Source: an uncultured Spirochaetota bacterium
GTDB taxonomy: Bacteria; Spirochaetota; Spirochaetia; SZUA-6; Fen-1364
DNA length: 64,000 nt
Direction of reading: 5' to 3'
NCBI GenBank assembly: GCA_963745235.1
Contig: CAVUXE010000058.1
Span: forward strand, 32,001 to 96,000
In this document: piece by piece, positions 40,667-50,429 of the stretch
Layout of the letters: each line of letters opens with the position of its first letter
Numbering within the stretch: the first letter of the stretch is position 1
Translations under genes and position numbers: made by a program
The notes under the pieces: generated by a model
Told to the model about the DNA's origin: nothing
Databases searched by the model: none
The model's input: the letters and a program-made list of their open reading frames with translations, nothing else

Positions 40667-41297
40667 AGCCTCAGGAACCTCGTTTCCCGTCGTTTCAATC
40701 GAGCTCAAGGGGGCTGCCGGCGAGATGGTTCGAATCCATCTGGCCGACGGCTCTTTTTTTGTCATCCACGCCGAAGTTTTTGCCACGGAGGGTCTGGCCG
40801 CGGGAGACGTCCTGGATGATGCCCGCGTTGCGGCGCTGAAAGCCCGTTCGGAGCTCATCCTCGCCCGGCAGACCGCGCTTCGGCTCCTGTCGCGGGCCGC
40901 CCAGACCCGCAGGGGGCTGGTCAGGAAACTCCGATCCCGCGGCTTCAGCGGTGAGGCGACCAGCTCCGCGGTGAGCCGAATGATCGAGCTCGGCTACGTC
41001 GATGACCGGGCGTATGCCGAGAACTGGGCGAGGTTTCGCCTCTCCGCGCGGAAGGAGGGGTGGAAGTCACTGTACCGGGGGCTTCTGCGCAACGGGGTGC
41101 CGCGCGCCATCGCAGAGGATGTGCTTGAACAGGAATGCACTGAGGAAGTCGAACTGGAGCGCGCCCGACTGCTGGTCCACGGGCTTGCGCCCAGGACCGC
41201 GGTGAGCAGGCTCACGTCCCGGGGTTTTCGCTCCCGGACAATTGCCCGAATACTTTCGGAAATGAAGAGGGAAGCCCGGCAAGAGACGGAGGAGTAA
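40632..41297 (+). CDS. recX: Regulatory protein RecX (start uncertain; 40725 is an alternative)
   Basis: ALRLLSRAAQT..L..KL..RGF, GYVDDRAYA and RLTSRGF. Confidence 0.82.
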   Translation: MPEDASSSPRDRASGTSFPVVSIELKGAAGEMVRIHLADGSFFVIHAEVFATEGLAAGDVLDDARVAALKARSELILARQTALRLLSRAAQTRRGLVRKLRSRGFSGEATSSAVSRMIELGYVDDRAYAENWARFRLSARKEGWKSLYRGLLRNGVPRAIAEDVLEQECTEEVELERARLLVHGLAPRTAVSRLTSRGFRSRTIARILSEMKREARQETEE

Positions 41298-41922
41298 AGT
41301 GGAAAGCCGCCTCCACGACACACCGGGGAAGGTCGAAGACCCTTTGCGCGCAGTCAAGGATGACGGAATCCGACGAAGCGACGATGCCCGCGTAGGTCTT
41401 CAGCGGGTAGTCTGCCGTGTGCTCGAGGGTCACGAGGGAAGGGACGCCGAGGGGAGCCAGCCGTTCGCGGACCTCGGACGCCATGAGGGCTGAAAACGCA
41501 ATGGGAGAATCGAGAAACACGTCCAGGCGTTCAGGAGCCAGTGCCTGCAGCGAATGAAGGATCGCGATGAAGGCCCTGTCCGTCAGGGCAGAGCGCCGAT
41601 AGCTGCCGTGCGTCGCCGAAGAGTCCCGGGTGACTCCATCGTCCGAGATGAACAGGGGGGATCCTCGAAGAAAGCTTTCCACCGTGATGAGGACATTGTA
41701 CCAGTCGATTCCAAGGCTTTGTCCTTTCAGAGCCGTCGGGGGGAGAAGCTTGCGCTTCCGAGTGAAAGCGATCGACTCTTGAATCACTCCGCGAAAGAGT
41801 GTATTGCGCTCGATTCGCGAGAGTCGGTGCCTGTCTCCGACGAGCTTGAGCGACGCCTTTTCCGGATATCCCCTTTCGCGGAGGTACCTGTACTCGGTGA
41901 GAGCATTCTCAAATTTTCTCAT
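41212..41922 (-). CDS. DUF434 domain protein
   Basis: YLRERGYPEKASLKLVGDRHRL, IDWYNVLITVES, ADYPLK and VASSDSVILD (PIN-like acidic pattern). Confidence 0.8.
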   Translation of the reverse strand: MRKFENALTEYRYLRERGYPEKASLKLVGDRHRLSRIERNTLFRGVIQESIAFTRKRKLLPPTALKGQSLGIDWYNVLITVESFLRGSPLFISDDGVTRDSSATHGSYRRSALTDRAFIAILHSLQALAPERLDVFLDSPIAFSALMASEVRERLAPLGVPSLVTLEHTADYPLKTYAGIVASSDSVILDCAQRVFDLPRCVVEAAFHFTPPSLAGLPSSFPKVFGQLSGSENPGT

Positions 41923-41949
41923 TGACATTATGGATATAATTGGTATACT
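41922..41949 (+). promoter_or_regulatory. Sigma70 promoter in an AT-rich divergent intergenic region
   Basis: TTGACA-N16 (ending TGG)-TATACT upstream of the response-regulator operon. Confidence 0.55.
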
Positions 41950-42003
41950 GAGTAATATAGAGAATTGACAAATGCGCTGGGCATTATTGAAAGGATAGCA
42001 GAC

Positions 42004-42633
42004 GTGGCGAAAAAGGAAAAGAAGGTCCGCATCTTCTCGGCCCTGGAAGTTGCGGACATCTGCGGGGTTGTCAATCAGACAGCGATCAACTGGATCAAGA
42101 ACGGCTTCCTCAAAGCGTTCATGACTCCGGGCGGCCAATATCGGGTGTATGCTGAAGACCTGCTGACGTTCCTCTCATCACGGGGAATGAGAATTCCGGA
42201 AGAGCTGCAGGAGGGCGATGAGAACGCCGCCGACTGGCGGCGGATCCTCATCGTGGATGACGATGAGAACATCAACACCCTGCTCAAGAGGTTCCTCACG
42301 CGCCGACTGCCGTCGTACACCATCATGCAGGCTTTCGACGGATTCGAGGCCGGCAAGCAGATCACGGAAATGAAGCCCGGCGTGATCCTCCTGGATATCA
42401 GCCTCCCGGGAATTGACGGGCACAAGCTGTGCAAGAGGATCAAGGAAGATCCCGCGCTGGGCTCGCCGGTCATCATTGCGATCACGGGATTGACCGACTC
42501 CTCGCTGGAGAAGACCATCCTCGAGGAAGGCGCAGACGCTTTCTTCGCGAAGCCCCTGGATTTCGAGAGACTGTGCGCGCGCGTCGAGGAGCTCACCGCT
42601 TCGCGGGTGACCGCCGGCGATGCAAATGGCTGA
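42004..42633 (+). CDS. Response regulator with N-terminal excisionase-like HTH and C-terminal REC
   Basis: FSALEVADICGVVNQTAINWIKNG..TPGGQYRV, then ILIVDDD, LLDISLPGIDG and FAKP. The start may be 41965. Confidence 0.9.
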   Translation: MAKKEKKVRIFSALEVADICGVVNQTAINWIKNGFLKAFMTPGGQYRVYAEDLLTFLSSRGMRIPEELQEGDENAADWRRILIVDDDENINTLLKRFLTRRLPSYTIMQAFDGFEAGKQITEMKPGVILLDISLPGIDGHKLCKRIKEDPALGSPVIIAITGLTDSSLEKTILEEGADAFFAKPLDFERLCARVEELTASRVTAGDANG

Positions 42634-43012
42634 CGCCCGGGTGATCCTTGTCGTGGAGGATGAGGACTCCATCCGTCTCACCCTGCGCGATTTCCTGAAA
42701 AAGAAGGGACACTCGGTCCTCGTCGCCTCCGACGGCGTCGGGGCCATCAAGCAGATCCTTGACCACCCCGTGGACCTCGTTGTCACGGACTACCGCATGG
42801 ACATCCTGGGCGGCGACTACTGGATACGGTTCCTGCGCAAGTTCTGCGGGGACAAGAAAGTCATCATCACGAGCGGCTTCCTCCAGCCCGAGTTCCCCAT
42901 TCCGTTCCCCGTTGTCTACAAGCCTTACGATTACTCGGACCTCGAGTCGCTCATCAGGAAGACCCTCGGCGAGCCTCCCGAACCAGGTGACGCGGATGGC
43001 GGCTCCGCCTGA
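42626..43012 (+). CDS. Single-domain response regulator
   Basis: ILVVEDE, VTDYRM, ITSG and YKPY. Confidence 0.88.
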   Translation: MADARVILVVEDEDSIRLTLRDFLKKKGHSVLVASDGVGAIKQILDHPVDLVVTDYRMDILGGDYWIRFLRKFCGDKKVIITSGFLQPEFPIPFPVVYKPYDYSDLESLIRKTLGEPPEPGDADGGSA

Positions 43013-43286
43013 GCGCCGGGGCCTGCGGGCCGTGGTGCACGGCCGCGTCCAGGGAGTCGGCTTTCGATGGTCCACTGTCCGTGAGGGCCGTTCCCTGGGT
43101 CTCAGCGGGACCGTCACAAACCGTCCGGATGGGACCGTGGAGGTGATGGCCGAAGGGGACCCCGCCCTGCTGGCCCGTCTCATCGCCTGGCTGGAGAAAG
43201 GCCCGCCGGGCGCCAGGGTGAACAGCGTGGATGTCCAGTGGCTTCCCTGGTCGGGCTCCTACAGCGGATTCGGCGTGGACTTCTAG
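42996..43286 (+). CDS. acyP: Acylphosphatase
   Basis: VHGRVQGVGFR, NRPDGTVEV and GPPGARV. Confidence 0.95.
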   Translation: MAAPPERRGLRAVVHGRVQGVGFRWSTVREGRSLGLSGTVTNRPDGTVEVMAEGDPALLARLIAWLEKGPPGARVNSVDVQWLPWSGSYSGFGVDF

Positions 43287-43342
43287 AGTCACTCTCTGAT
43301 AAGCTCCCCCATCGCGTGACCCGGCAGGTGAGGAGACGGAAA

Positions 43343-45175
43343 ATGTGCGGAATCTTCGGCTATGCGGGAGAAGGTGCGAACGCCGAGGTGCTGATCGAAG
43401 GAATCAAGCGCCTCGAGTATCGCGGCTACGACTCGTGGGGCGTCTGCGTCGCGTGCGACGACCAGCTCTCGCTCCTGCGGCGCGTCGGCAGGATCGGAGG
43501 CGTCGACCCCGCCGGGTTGACCCTGGGCGCGCACGGCCCGTGTGCCTCGGGCATCGCGCACACGCGCTGGGCCACGCACGGATCTCCCACGGAGGCCAAC
43601 GCCCACCCTCACGCGGACTGCGCCGGGAGGATCGCCGTCATCCACAACGGGATCATCGAGAACCACGCAGGGCTGCGCGCGACCCTTCAGGGCAAAGGTC
43701 ACGTCTTTGCAAGCGAAACGGATACGGAGGTGATCCCGCACCTCATCGAGGAGTTCCTGAAGTCCGAGCCCAGCTTCGCGGCGGCGTTCCTGGGGGCAAT
43801 GAAGCTCCTCGTGGGCGCGTACGGAATCGCGGCCGTGTACGCCGGAGAGCCCGGGACCATTTTCGTTGCCCGACACGGCAGCCCCATTGTCCTGGGACTG
43901 GGCAGGAACAGGACGCTCGTGGCAAGCGATCCCGCTCCGCTGGTGGCGCACACGCGGGAAGTCATCTACCTCGACGACGGGGAAGCGGCGCTTCTTCACG
44001 GAGACGGGTTCGAGACGAAGACGCTGGAAGGCGCTCCCGTCAGCAAGAGGGTCCAGCAGATCGCTTTCAGCCTCCCCGACATCGAGCGGGGGGGATTCCC
44101 GCACTTCATGCTCAAGGAGATTACCGAGCAGCCCGAATCCATCCACAACGCGTACCGCGGGCGGATTTTCCGCGCGGAGGGGACGGCCAAGCTGGGCGGC
44201 GTGGATGAGGGGCTCCTGCGGCGGGTGAAGCGCTGCCACATCGTGGCCTGCGGCACCTCCTGGCATGCGGGACTGATCGGAAAGTACCTCATGGAGACCC
44301 TCGCCAGGGTCCCGACGCAGGTATCTTTCGGGTCGGAGTTCCGCTACGCGCACCCGGTCCTGGAGCCGGACACCATGGTCATTGCCATCAGTCAGTCCGG
44401 TGAGACCGTGGACACCCTGGCGGGCGTGCGCGAGGCAAAATTGATGGGCGCGGACACCATTGGGATCTGCAACGTGGTGGGGTCCAGCATTGCGCGGGAG
44501 TGCGGAAAGGGGATCTACATCCATGCCGGCCCCGAGATCGGCGTCGCATCCACGAAGGCCTTCACGAGCCAGCTGGTTGTCCTGAGCCTGCTCGCCGTCC
44601 ACCTAGGCCGCATGCGGGGCCTGTCCCTGCGCGCCGGCCTGCTCTTCCTGGATGCCCTGGAGAAGCTTCCCGAGCAGGCGCAGGAGCTGATTGCGCAGAG
44701 GGAGCGGATCAGGGAGATCGCGCTGCGATATTCGAAGAATGACAACTTCCTCTACATCGGCCGGCTGTTCGAGTATCCCACCGCGCTCGAGGGCGCGCTG
44801 AAGCTGAAGGAAATCTCCTACGTCCACGCGGAGGGGGTCCAGGCGGCGGAAATGAAGCACGGGCCCATTGCCCTGATAGAGCCGTCGGTTCCCACCGTGG
44901 TGCTGGCCGCGCAGACGGAAATCCGCGACAAGATGATGGGGAACATCCACGAGATCCGGGCCCGCGGCGGCAGCATCATCGTGGTGGCCCAGGAGGGAGA
45001 CACCGAGGCTGCCTCCCTCGCGGAAGATGTCATCTTCGTCCCGAAGACCCTCGACCCGCTCGTTCCCATACTCTCCGTCATCCCGCTGCAGCTGTTTGCG
45101 TATTCGATTGCCGTGGCGCGCGGGCGCGACGTGGACAAGCCCCGCAACCTGGCCAAGAGCGTGACGGTGGAGTAG
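43343..45175 (+). CDS. glmS: Glutamine--fructose-6-phosphate transaminase
   Basis: MCGIFG, LEYRGYDS, HTRWATHG, SQSGET, GVASTKAF and DKPRNLAKSVTVE. Confidence 0.98.
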   Translation: MCGIFGYAGEGANAEVLIEGIKRLEYRGYDSWGVCVACDDQLSLLRRVGRIGGVDPAGLTLGAHGPCASGIAHTRWATHGSPTEANAHPHADCAGRIAVIHNGIIENHAGLRATLQGKGHVFASETDTEVIPHLIEEFLKSEPSFAAAFLGAMKLLVGAYGIAAVYAGEPGTIFVARHGSPIVLGLGRNRTLVASDPAPLVAHTREVIYLDDGEAALLHGDGFETKTLEGAPVSKRVQQIAFSLPDIERGGFPHFMLKEITEQPESIHNAYRGRIFRAEGTAKLGGVDEGLLRRVKRCHIVACGTSWHAGLIGKYLMETLARVPTQVSFGSEFRYAHPVLEPDTMVIAISQSGETVDTLAGVREAKLMGADTIGICNVVGSSIARECGKGIYIHAGPEIGVASTKAFTSQLVVLSLLAVHLGRMRGLSLRAGLLFLDALEKLPEQAQELIAQRERIREIALRYSKNDNFLYIGRLFEYPTALEGALKLKEISYVHAEGVQAAEMKHGPIALIEPSVPTVVLAAQTEIRDKMMGNIHEIRARGGSIIVVAQEGDTEAASLAEDVIFVPKTLDPLVPILSVIPLQLFAYSIAVARGRDVDKPRNLAKSVTVE

Positions 45176-45178
45176 GGT

Positions 45179-46439
45179 ATGGACGTCATGGGAAGCGAGG
45201 CCGCACCGGCCCGCCTGGTCCTTTTCGAAGATCACCTGCTGTCGGACATGAACCCCATAGCGCTGACGCGTCCCGCCTTCGCGGTGACCTGCGCGTGCGC
45301 GACCCTGTATGATGTGGCGGCGGAAGCCGCCGGCGTGCGTCCGGCCTGGGTTGTCCGCGGCTACCTCGCCGCGCTCGCGGCGCGCCGTTATCCGGCGAGC
45401 CCCCTGGGGGACGGGCCGAAGCTCTTCCTGAATGCATCCATCGTCCCCGACACCCGCTATGCGCAGAAGTTCTGCGAGCTTGCACGCTCGGCGAAGCCGT
45501 TCGTGGCGACCGCGGGTGAAAGGGTCTCAGCCGCGTTTGTTCCGGCCGGCATTCCCGTCCCCCGGCCCTTGACGCCGGAGAACATCACTCCGTGGCTCCT
45601 GGAGGCGAAGCTGCCCCTCCACGAGGAGGAGCTTTTCCACACCTTCGATCACCAGTTCGAGGTGGTGAAGTTCCTCGAGCCGCTTTTCGTGACGAACATC
45701 GCGCACCGGCTCGCGAAGGGGACCTACCGGGAGCTGAAGCCGGGCGTCTTCGCGGCGGACAGCGTCACCGTTGCCGACAGCGCGGCGTTTCACGTCAAGG
45801 AAGGACCCGTCGTCCTCGAACGGGATGTGGAGGTCCGGGATTTCACCTATTTCGAGGGACCCGTCCACGTCGGGGCAAGATCCCGCGTCATCGAAAGGGC
45901 CTCGCTGAAAGAGCACGTCTGCGTCGGGGAGACCTGCAAGATCGGCGGTGAGGTAGAGGCGAGCATCATCGAAAGCTATACGAACAAGCAGCACCACGGC
46001 TTCCTGGGGCATTCCTGGGTGGGCTCCTGGGTGAACCTGGGCGCCGGCACGAGCAACAGCGACCTGAAGAACACCTACGGCGAGGTGCGCCTGGAGTACC
46101 CGCACCGGCGCGTGGATACCGGGATGCAGTTCCTGGGCTGCATCATCGGCGACTTCGCGAAGAGCGCCATCAACACGAGCATCTTCACGGGCAAGATCAT
46201 CGGGGTCTCCAGCATGCTCTACGGCGTCCATCGGCTCCAATGTGCCGAGCTTCTGCAACTATGCCCGCTCCTTCGGGCAGATCACCGAATGCCCCGTGGA
46301 CCAGGCCATCCTCATCCAGAAAAGGATGTTCGCGCGCAGGGGGATCCGCAGACCCCGGAGGATGCCGAGCTGCTCCGAGACGGTCTTCGAGCTGACGCGG
46401 GCGGAAAGGCTGATCTCCGACGAGCCTCCCGCGCTGTAG
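45179..46439 (+). CDS. GlmU-related sugar nucleotidyltransferase-like/hexapeptide-repeat protein with frameshifts near the 3' end
   Basis: PIALTRPAF, KIGGEVE.S, NKQHHGFLGHS and NLGAGTSNSDLKNTY. The C-terminus continues in other frames to 46439. Confidence 0.8.
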
Positions 46440-46682
46440 GCAGACCTCGCCAGGGCCAGGGCAGCCGGGCAGGCTTTTCCAAAACGCCCTGTACAGCAGC
46501 TCCGGCGAGGGGTACAATACTGATTGCGCGCGGTGCCGCCACGAGCGCGCTCCCGCTGGCAACCGCAGCTTCCTGGCCGGCCGCTACCTCAACGGGCCTG
46601 CGCACTCGCGCGTTCCGGTGCCTTGACCGGGCCACCGCTGCGTGAACAGCGCGCGGAGCTACCGCGCAGGGGAGGTGGGGGG

Positions 46683-46925
46683 ATGCGTGATGCCGAGAAG
46701 GTTCAGAGCGAGATTCTCAAGATCATCAACGATGACCCGACAATCGGGGGAGCCGACCGCATCGTCGTGAGCGTGGAAAAGAAGGGAGTGTGGCCGCGGG
46801 CAAAAGAGGTGATCATCCTCAAAGGGAATGTCCGCTCTGACAGCGACAGAATGAAAGCGGAGAAGGTTGCGACCATGCACGCCGCGGGGCGGGAGGTCGT
46901 CAACAGCATCAACGTTCACGTCTGA
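46683..46925 (+). CDS. BON domain protein
   Basis: GGAGG RBS and IILKGNVRS...AEKVA...REVVNSI. Confidence 0.8.
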   Translation: MRDAEKVQSEILKIINDDPTIGGADRIVVSVEKKGVWPRAKEVIILKGNVRSDSDRMKAEKVATMHAAGREVVNSINVHV

Positions 46926-47335
46926 CGGGGCGGGCGTGCCGGCGTGCGCGGATAGGCTTTCACCGCCGCATAGACGAACTGGGCCAGGTCAGGATCCAAT
47001 GCGGCGGCCTCGCTTCGAAACGCGTCAGCCACCGCGTCGTTGCTGAACTCGCCGTCCGCGACCACCACGGGGGTCATCTTGGCGCGCCCCGGGATCTCCC
47101 CCGAGTCTATCCTGTTGTGCTGGTATCCGTGCTCACGGGTCCAGGTGACCGCCCGCTCCCGTCCAGCCTTGTCGTAGCAGAGCTGGAAGCCCCTCAGCGC
47201 TGCCAGGGAGCCAGCGAGGGAGCTCGCAGCGCCGGGGCTGTCGTACCAGACGATGAGATCGAAATACTCGTCCGTGAACCAGCGGCGAAACCCCTCACCG
47301 GGGATCTGCCGCGCGTCTTGAATTTCGGCTAACAT
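46916..47335 (-). CDS. Conserved hypothetical protein
   Basis: RQIPGEGFRRWFTDEYFDLIVW...GFQLCYDK, a protein-like pattern with an RBS. Confidence 0.75.
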   Translation of the reverse strand: MLAEIQDARQIPGEGFRRWFTDEYFDLIVWYDSPGAASSLAGSLAALRGFQLCYDKAGRERAVTWTREHGYQHNRIDSGEIPGRAKMTPVVVADGEFSNDAVADAFRSEAAALDPDLAQFVYAAVKAYPRTPARPPRQT

Positions 47336-47405
47336 TTCTCTTCGCACCTCGGTACCTTCGAGTATATCATGCCGGCCGAAAAGACAAAAAGCCCGGGATC
47401 GATCC

Positions 47406-47951
47406 ATGACTCATGAGGACCACCTCGCGCTGTTGAGGGGAGGGGTCAAAGCCGGAGCTGCCTTCTGGGCAGACCTGGGATCCGGCACGGGGGCCTTCAC
47501 CATGGCCCTGGCCGCGCTCCTGGGAGGAGAGGGGAGGATACTCTCCGTAGACAGGGATGCGCGGGCCTTGGCCGAACAGGAACGCGCCATACGCGCCCGG
47601 TTTCCGCGGCTGCAGGTGGAGCTGGCAGCGGCGGACTTCACCAGGCTGACCGGGATATCGGGTCTCGATGGCGTCGTGATGGCCAATTCACTCCACTTCC
47701 AACGCGACGCGGAAGAGGTCCTCCGCTGGGTGAAGGGCTGGCTCCTCCCGGCAGGCCGCATTGTCATTGTCGAGTATGAGGTCACGCTTCCCAACCCATG
47801 GGTCCCTTACCCGGTCCCCTTCAAGCGACTGCTCAGGCTTGCCGAGGCCGCGGCGCTCGGGCCTGCCCGTCTGCTGGAGACGAGGCCAAGCCGCTACCAC
47901 GGGCGGGTCTATTCGGCCGTCATGGAGAGATCAGAGGCCGCCGAGCGCTGA
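47406..47951 (+). CDS. Class I SAM-dependent methyltransferase
   Basis: WADLGSGTGAFT, VDRD, ADF and ANSLHF. Confidence 0.9.
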   Translation: MTHEDHLALLRGGVKAGAAFWADLGSGTGAFTMALAALLGGEGRILSVDRDARALAEQERAIRARFPRLQVELAAADFTRLTGISGLDGVVMANSLHFQRDAEEVLRWVKGWLLPAGRIVIVEYEVTLPNPWVPYPVPFKRLLRLAEAAALGPARLLETRPSRYHGRVYSAVMERSEAAER

Positions 47952-47995
47952 GGCAAAAGCACCCAAGCCGACGCTATGCCCTCGCAGCTTCGCCG

Positions 47996-49153
47996 TCAAT
48001 CAACGCGCTGGTCGATGGGAATCCACGCGCGCGGCGCGGGACCCCGGTAGAGACTCTCTGGACGATAGATGCGGTTGTCCTTGCGCTGCTCCAGCACGTG
48101 AGCGAGCCATCCCGCCACGCGCGCCATTGCGAAGATCGGCGTGAAGAGGATCCGGGGAAGCCCCAGCATCGTGTAGACGGCGCCGGAAAAGAAGTCCACG
48201 TTTGGATAGATCGGTTTCCCTTTCTCCTCCATCCGCTCTCGGAACTGCCTCTCGATCTCCTTGAGGATCTCGTAGGAGCGGGGATCACCCTTCTTTTCCG
48301 CCAGCTCCTTGAGAAACTCCTCCATCACATACGAGCGGGGGTCTTTCACCTTGTACTCCCGGTGGCCCATGCCCATGACCTTGCGCTTTTCCGCCAGGGC
48401 TTTGTCCAGCCAGGGCCCCACCCTTTCCTTCGCGCCGATCTCCTCCACCATCTCCATGACCTTTCGTTGGCGCCCCCGTGGAGGGATCCGATAGAGGGCC
48501 CCCATGGCCGCGGAGATGCTGCAGTAGCAGGTGGACAGGGTGGATGCGACCACGCGCGCGGTGAAGGTGGATGCGTTGAACTCATGCTCCGCATGCAGGA
48601 CGAGGCAGCGTGTCCATGATCCTGCCCTCGTACTCCTCGGGCTCCCTCCGCGCACCATGAAGAGGAAGTTCGCGCCGTGAGACCTGTCCGCAAGGGGCGG
48701 CACGTACTGCTTGTTCTCGCGGGATCTCTGGTAGGCGGCAACCACGCTTGCGGTCTGCACGACCTGGTGCAGGGTGTCGCGGCAGTCGCATGTCGCCGAG
48801 TGCTGGATCGTGATGCTCCACGTAGCTCGACATGTAGGCCATGACGGACTGGAGCAGCTGCATGGGGTGGGCGCTCACGGGGAACGCGCGGATCATCTCC
48901 CTGATCTGGGTCGGGATGTCCCGGCTTGCCCGCATGCGCTTGCGCCAGGCATCCAGCTCGGCTTGCGCGCGGCAGCCTTTCGTACAGGAGGAGGTGCGTG
49001 ACCTCTTCGAAGTCGGAATGTCGCCGCAAGGTCCTCGATTGCGTAACCGCGGTAGTAGAGCTTGCCCTTCTGACCGTCGATGCGGGAGACGGCGGTCTCA
49101 TCCGCGATGATCCCTTCCAGCCCCTTGGAGTAAGTCCCGGTGTCCACGCTCAT
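47996..49153 (-). CDS. gltA: Citrate synthase (short type), multiple frameshifts
   Basis: GLEGIIADET..IDG..GKLYYRGY, LHAEHEFNASTF, LHGGANE, MGMGHREYK.DPR and YPNVDF spread across frames. Confidence 0.9.
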
Positions 49154-49167
49154 GGTGCATTCCTTCG

Positions 49168-50411
49168 TTATACTTCGATGAGGAGCCGCCAGGGATCCTC
49201 CACCAGCTCCTTGACGCGCCGGAGGAAGCTGACCGCTTCCTTCCCGTCGATGAGCCGGTGATCGTAGGTGAGGGCCACGTACATCATCGGGCGGATGACA
49301 ATGGTCTCCTCCGGCGTCTTCTTCCACCACGGGTCGTTTCTGAATGGTGTGCATGCCAAGGATGGCCGACTGCGGGTAATTGAGAAGCGGAGTCGAGAGC
49401 AGGGAGCCGAATACGCCGCCGTTGGTGATGGAGAACGTGCCTCCGGCAAGCTCATCAGGAAGTATCTTTCTGTCGCGCGCGCGTGAGGCAAGGTCCGCAA
49501 CGGCGGCCTCCAGCTGCGCGATGCTCGAGCCGGTCCGCTCCCTTCACAACGGGTACGACCAGTCCTCGATCCGTGGAGACGGCCACCCCGATGTCGAAGG
49601 TGTTGTAGTACACGATCTCATCGCCGTCGATGCGCGCGTTGACCATCGGGAACTCGGCAAGAGCGCGGCAGACCGCTTTCACAAAGAAGGACATGAAGCC
49701 GAGCCTGACGCCATGGATCCGTTCGAACTCCTCCCGGTACCGGCTGCGAAGGTCCATGACGTTCTTCATGTTCACTTCGTTGAAGGTGGACAGGGAGGCC
49801 GTGGAGTGCTGCGCTTCGAGGAGCCTTTGCGCAATGCGCTTGCGAAGCGAGCTCATCGGGGTGCGGGTGGGGGGCGTCGCGCCGTTTCCCGAGGAGGCGG
49901 GCGGCCTCTGCGCTGGCGCCGGCGGACGGGCAGGTTCCGGGGCGGCCGCCCGCGCGGGAGGGGCCGCCGGTGCGGGAGCCGAAGTGACGGCAGCCGAAGG
50001 GGCGGCTGTCGGTGCGGGAGGGGTGGCAACCGCGAGGACAGGCGGCGCAGCAGCCCGCGCAGGAGCGGGAGGTTGCGGCGCGGCAGGCATGGCCGCGGGT
50101 TGTGCGGAGGCCGGCGCGGTCCGCGCAGGGGCCGGCGTCGGCTGGGGGGCGGGCGGCTGAGCGGCCGGCTTTGACGCCGCGGAATCGATGTATCCGACAA
50201 CCTGCCCGATGGTGACCTCCGTGCCTGGCTTGACCGTGATGGAGACCACCCCTGCTGCCGGCGCGGGCACCGTCACGTTGGCCTTGTCCGTCTCCAGCTC
50301 CAGCAGGTCGCCGCCCTCTTCCACGAAATCCCCCTCCGCCTTGAGCCAGGAGGATATGATGCCCTGCGTCACGGACTCTCCGACACTGGGAATCTTTATC
50401 TCGAGCTTCAC
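49168..50411 (-). CDS. sucB: 2-oxoglutarate dehydrogenase E2, frameshifts in the 3' third
   Basis: Lipoyl [24 protein letters not shown] and [15 protein letters not shown]. Confidence 0.93.
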
Positions 50412-50429
50412 TTCCTCACCTCTCCGCCA

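Noticed and set aside
43287-43342. Possible glmS ribozyme upstream of glmS
   Set aside because: Only 56 bp of intergenic sequence and no ribozyme core sequence.
46200-49560. Dense frameshifts in the glmU-like gene, gltA and sucB suggesting pseudogenes
   Set aside because: Catalytic motifs are preserved across frames and essential genes elsewhere (pyrH) are also hit. Local low-quality consensus is more likely than decay.
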